Assembly (NCBI GenBank): GCA_033764315.1
Contig: JANRJA010000054.1
Location: 1-19,112 of the forward strand
Reading direction: 5' to 3'
DNA from: Oculatellaceae cyanobacterium bins.114
GTDB taxonomy: Bacteria > Cyanobacteriota > Cyanobacteriia > Elainellales > Elainellaceae
DNA: 19,112 nt
The notes under the pieces are model-generated. The model did not search any database. It was given only the letters and a program-made list of their open reading frames with translations, and was not told where the DNA came from. A program made the translations under genes and the position numbers. Within the stretch, counting starts at the first letter, position 1; each line of letters opens with the position of its first letter. Of the stretch, positions 17,191-19,112 are shown piece after piece.

Positions 17191-17925
17191 TTATTCCTGA
17201 TATAGATCAGGAAACTGCTCTCGAAGCTGATCAATTTGGGGTAAGTCATGCAACACCACATAGAGATTGTGTGGATTGCGAGCAATGAAGTCTTGATGAT
17301 AGCTCTCAGCCGCATAGAACCCCTCTAAAGGAGTCAGTTGAGTCACAATTGAGTGATCAAAAACATGGGCTTGATTGAGTTGATCAATATAAGCTTGCGC
17401 CACTTGTCGCTGCTCAGGATTTGCAAAAAAGATAGCTGAGCGATATTGCGTTCCGACATCTGGCCCTTGTCGATTTAATTGCGTAGGATCATGGGCTACC
17501 GCAAAGTAAACCTTGAGCAACTCTCCATAGGAAACTTGTGATGGGTCATAGGTGATTTCTACTGATTCTGCATGGGTTGTCACTCCAGAACTAACATCTG
17601 GATAGTATGCCGAATCTGCACTCCCCCCGGCGTAACCTGTGACAACTTTGGACACTCCTTGCACATGCTCAAACACTCCTTCCATGCCCCAAAAACAACC
17701 CCCTGCAAAAACGGCTGTTTGTTCGGTTGTCTGTTCTCCTGCAACAGCCAGTGAAATACCAGTTGTAGGGTCAGGAAACGTCGCTGCCGTCGCAGAGCTA
17801 GATGCATTAGCCGTTAACCCCAACCGAATAACACTGTATGCCAGAGCGATCGCCATCAACGACAAGAGGGGTAAACGACGCAGCAGAAAATTGAAATTAG
17901 AAGGTGCAGAGCGGTGAACTGACAT
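17191..17925 (-). CDS. msrA: Peptide-methionine (S)-S-oxide reductase with N-terminal signal/anchor
   Basis: [50 protein letters not shown]; hydrophobic N-terminal segment after LLRRLP; ATG 17925 (alternative TTG 17946). Confidence 0.95.
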   Translation of the reverse strand: MSVHRSAPSNFNFLLRRLPLLSLMAIALAYSVIRLGLTANASSSATAATFPDPTTGISLAVAGEQTTEQTAVFAGGCFWGMEGVFEHVQGVSKVVTGYAGGSADSAYYPDVSSGVTTHAESVEITYDPSQVSYGELLKVYFAVAHDPTQLNRQGPDVGTQYRSAIFFANPEQRQVAQAYIDQLNQAHVFDHSIVTQLTPLEGFYAAESYHQDFIARNPHNLYVVLHDLPQIDQLREQFPDLYQE

Positions 17926-18029
17926 AGGGATAAAATTCTCCAACAATTGAACGATAGTGATATCAAAATCAAACTCAACGCAACAGGACAGATCGTCCTC
18001 TAAAAGTCATGAGTTTAATGCTGATAGAC

Positions 18030-18524
18030 TTATCCTGAAATAAATTGCAGAGCAATTCCATTCATGCAATAGCGTTTTCCAGTCGGTGCAGGACCATCAT
18101 CAAATACATGTCCTAAATGTCCACCACAACGACGACAATGTACCTCAATGCGCGTCATAAACAAAGAATAATCTTCAGAAGTGCGAACAGCATTTTCAAG
18201 GGGTGCATAGAAACTGGGCCAACCCGTACCACTATTAAATTTGGTGTTTGAAGAGAACAAAGGCAGGTCACAGCCCGCACAATTATAAGTACCCGGAGCG
18301 TATTGCTCAGCCAGTGGACTACTAAAAGGTAGCTCTGTACCTCTTTGTCGCAGCACATTGAACTGACTGGGTGTCAAAATTTCGCGCCATTCTGCTTCTG
18401 TCTTAGTAATCTCAAATCCTTCTCCCGAAGCGGTTTCAGCTTCTGCCCCTAAAATGCCAGAGCGAGATAGCAAGATCACGCCCACGGCTGCCGCCCCTGT
18501 TTGTAAGAAATAACGTTTCTTCAT
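18030..18524 (-). CDS. msrB: Peptide-methionine (R)-S-oxide reductase with Tat-like signal
   Basis: GTELPFS, Zn sites CAGC and CRRC, SGTGWPSF, HLGHVFDDGP, RYCMNG; N-terminus MKKRYFLQ followed by a hydrophobic stretch. Confidence 0.95.
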   Translation of the reverse strand: MKKRYFLQTGAAAVGVILLSRSGILGAEAETASGEGFEITKTEAEWREILTPSQFNVLRQRGTELPFSSPLAEQYAPGTYNCAGCDLPLFSSNTKFNSGTGWPSFYAPLENAVRTSEDYSLFMTRIEVHCRRCGGHLGHVFDDGPAPTGKRYCMNGIALQFISG

Positions 18525-18743
18525 TCATCAAAACCTTGATTTAATATCACAGTTAGCCGTTCTAAATAGAATTTATTTCTTTAAGTAGCTGGGTGAAATT
18601 AAAGTAAACTAAATGCCGGGTTTCGGCTCCGCTCAACTCTTCCTCTAGTAAGGATTTCAAGCATTAAGCGGCTTATCCTGAGTTAGGCAAATGGGAGTCA
18701 AAATGCGCCTTGCAAAAATTCCACCTTTTTACTTAAGTTCTAT

Positions 18744-18822
18744 GGTAGTCCTCTAAAAGTAATGATTTTTGAGTAAGGATATGCCGCACGGAGCGCAGCG
18801 TATCCTTTTGTTTAGGACTACC
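18744..18822. mobile_element. 79-bp MITE with 9-bp perfect TIRs and 8-bp target-site duplication
   Basis: AGTTCTAT[GGTAGTCCT...AGGACTACC]AGTTCTAT; internal hairpin AAGGATATGC/GCGTATCCTT. Confidence 0.85.
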
Positions 18823-18973
18823 AGTTCTATTTCTCTAAGTTAAATAACAATTATGAAATCTAGCTGAGTTTTGCATAAGGAAATATTGAGGGCATCGCGA
18901 AATCAACGGATTTGATTTATTGGCCTGCACTTTCGTTGGGAGCAGCTCTACATACCTCAGATCGATGAACCCA

Positions 18974-19092
18974 CTTACAACTGATTTAGGACTGCGATAT
19001 AGCAATCCCAAATGGGTTGTGAGAGGCGGACCCCAGGGGGGTGCGCCGCACACAAACCGCCCCAATAACAACAGGTGTTTGGCGGCGCTATA
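18974..19092. mobile_element. Abutting copies of the TATAGCAATC-type MITE-like repeat
   Basis: Right end CTTACAACTGATTTAGGACTGCGATA (18974-18999) joined through a shared TA to a ~95-bp copy TATAGCAATCCCAAATGGGTTGTGAGAGGCG...GTTTGGCGGCGCTATA (18998-19092); same family as 15821-15912. Confidence 0.75.
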
Positions 19093-19112
19093 TGTGTAAA
19101 GTGCTTTAAAAA

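Larger units (their letters stand above)
373..17853. repeat. HIP1 octamer (GCGATCGC) dispersed throughout
   Basis: More than 20 copies by eye (e.g. ~373, 1087, 1768, 2714, 4208, 5588, 6813, 9608, 11000, 13337, 15280, 17846) versus well under one expected by chance. Confidence 0.95.

Noticed and set aside
210..19071. Short alternative-frame or antisense ORFs in the track (e.g. 210-398, 2121-2366, 6560-6925, 7588-8008 group, 11030-11281, 11094-11441, 18835-19071)
   Set aside because: They overlap well-supported genes or repeats, or lack any recognisable protein features.
1..19112. CRISPR array, tRNA or rRNA
   Set aside because: No regularly spaced repeat-spacer series or recognisable structural RNA seen.

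Overview
Cyanobacterial chromosomal DNA, judged from more than 20 copies of the HIP1 octamer GCGATCGC and cyanobacteria-type genes; it is probably from a filamentous strain because it carries a hetR homologue. The left half is fairly ordinary: the 5' part of a Ser/Thr kinase-AAA ATPase multi-sensor gene, a SAM methyltransferase, a carotenoid cleavage oxygenase, a hypothetical gene, an FGGY gluconokinase and a non-heme haloperoxidase-type alpha/beta hydrolase. The right end holds exported msrA/msrB and several MITE-like elements. The stand-out is a ~7.7 kb cluster (9209-16903). It contains an Xre/Cro repressor and a divergent operon sharing mirror-image promoters with a perfect 12-3-12 operator; a small protein with an internal RGSGR (PatS/HetN/PatX inhibitor motif); an out-of-context SepF paralogue; two paralogous DnaD-like small proteins; a membrane protein; a NACHT NTPase; and a divergent HetR whose PatS-binding E254 position appears substituted. 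I propose, as inference, an uncharacterised HetR-paralogue/RGSGR/SepF developmental or cell-division switch. Comparisons to reference proteins were made by eye from memory; no searches were run.
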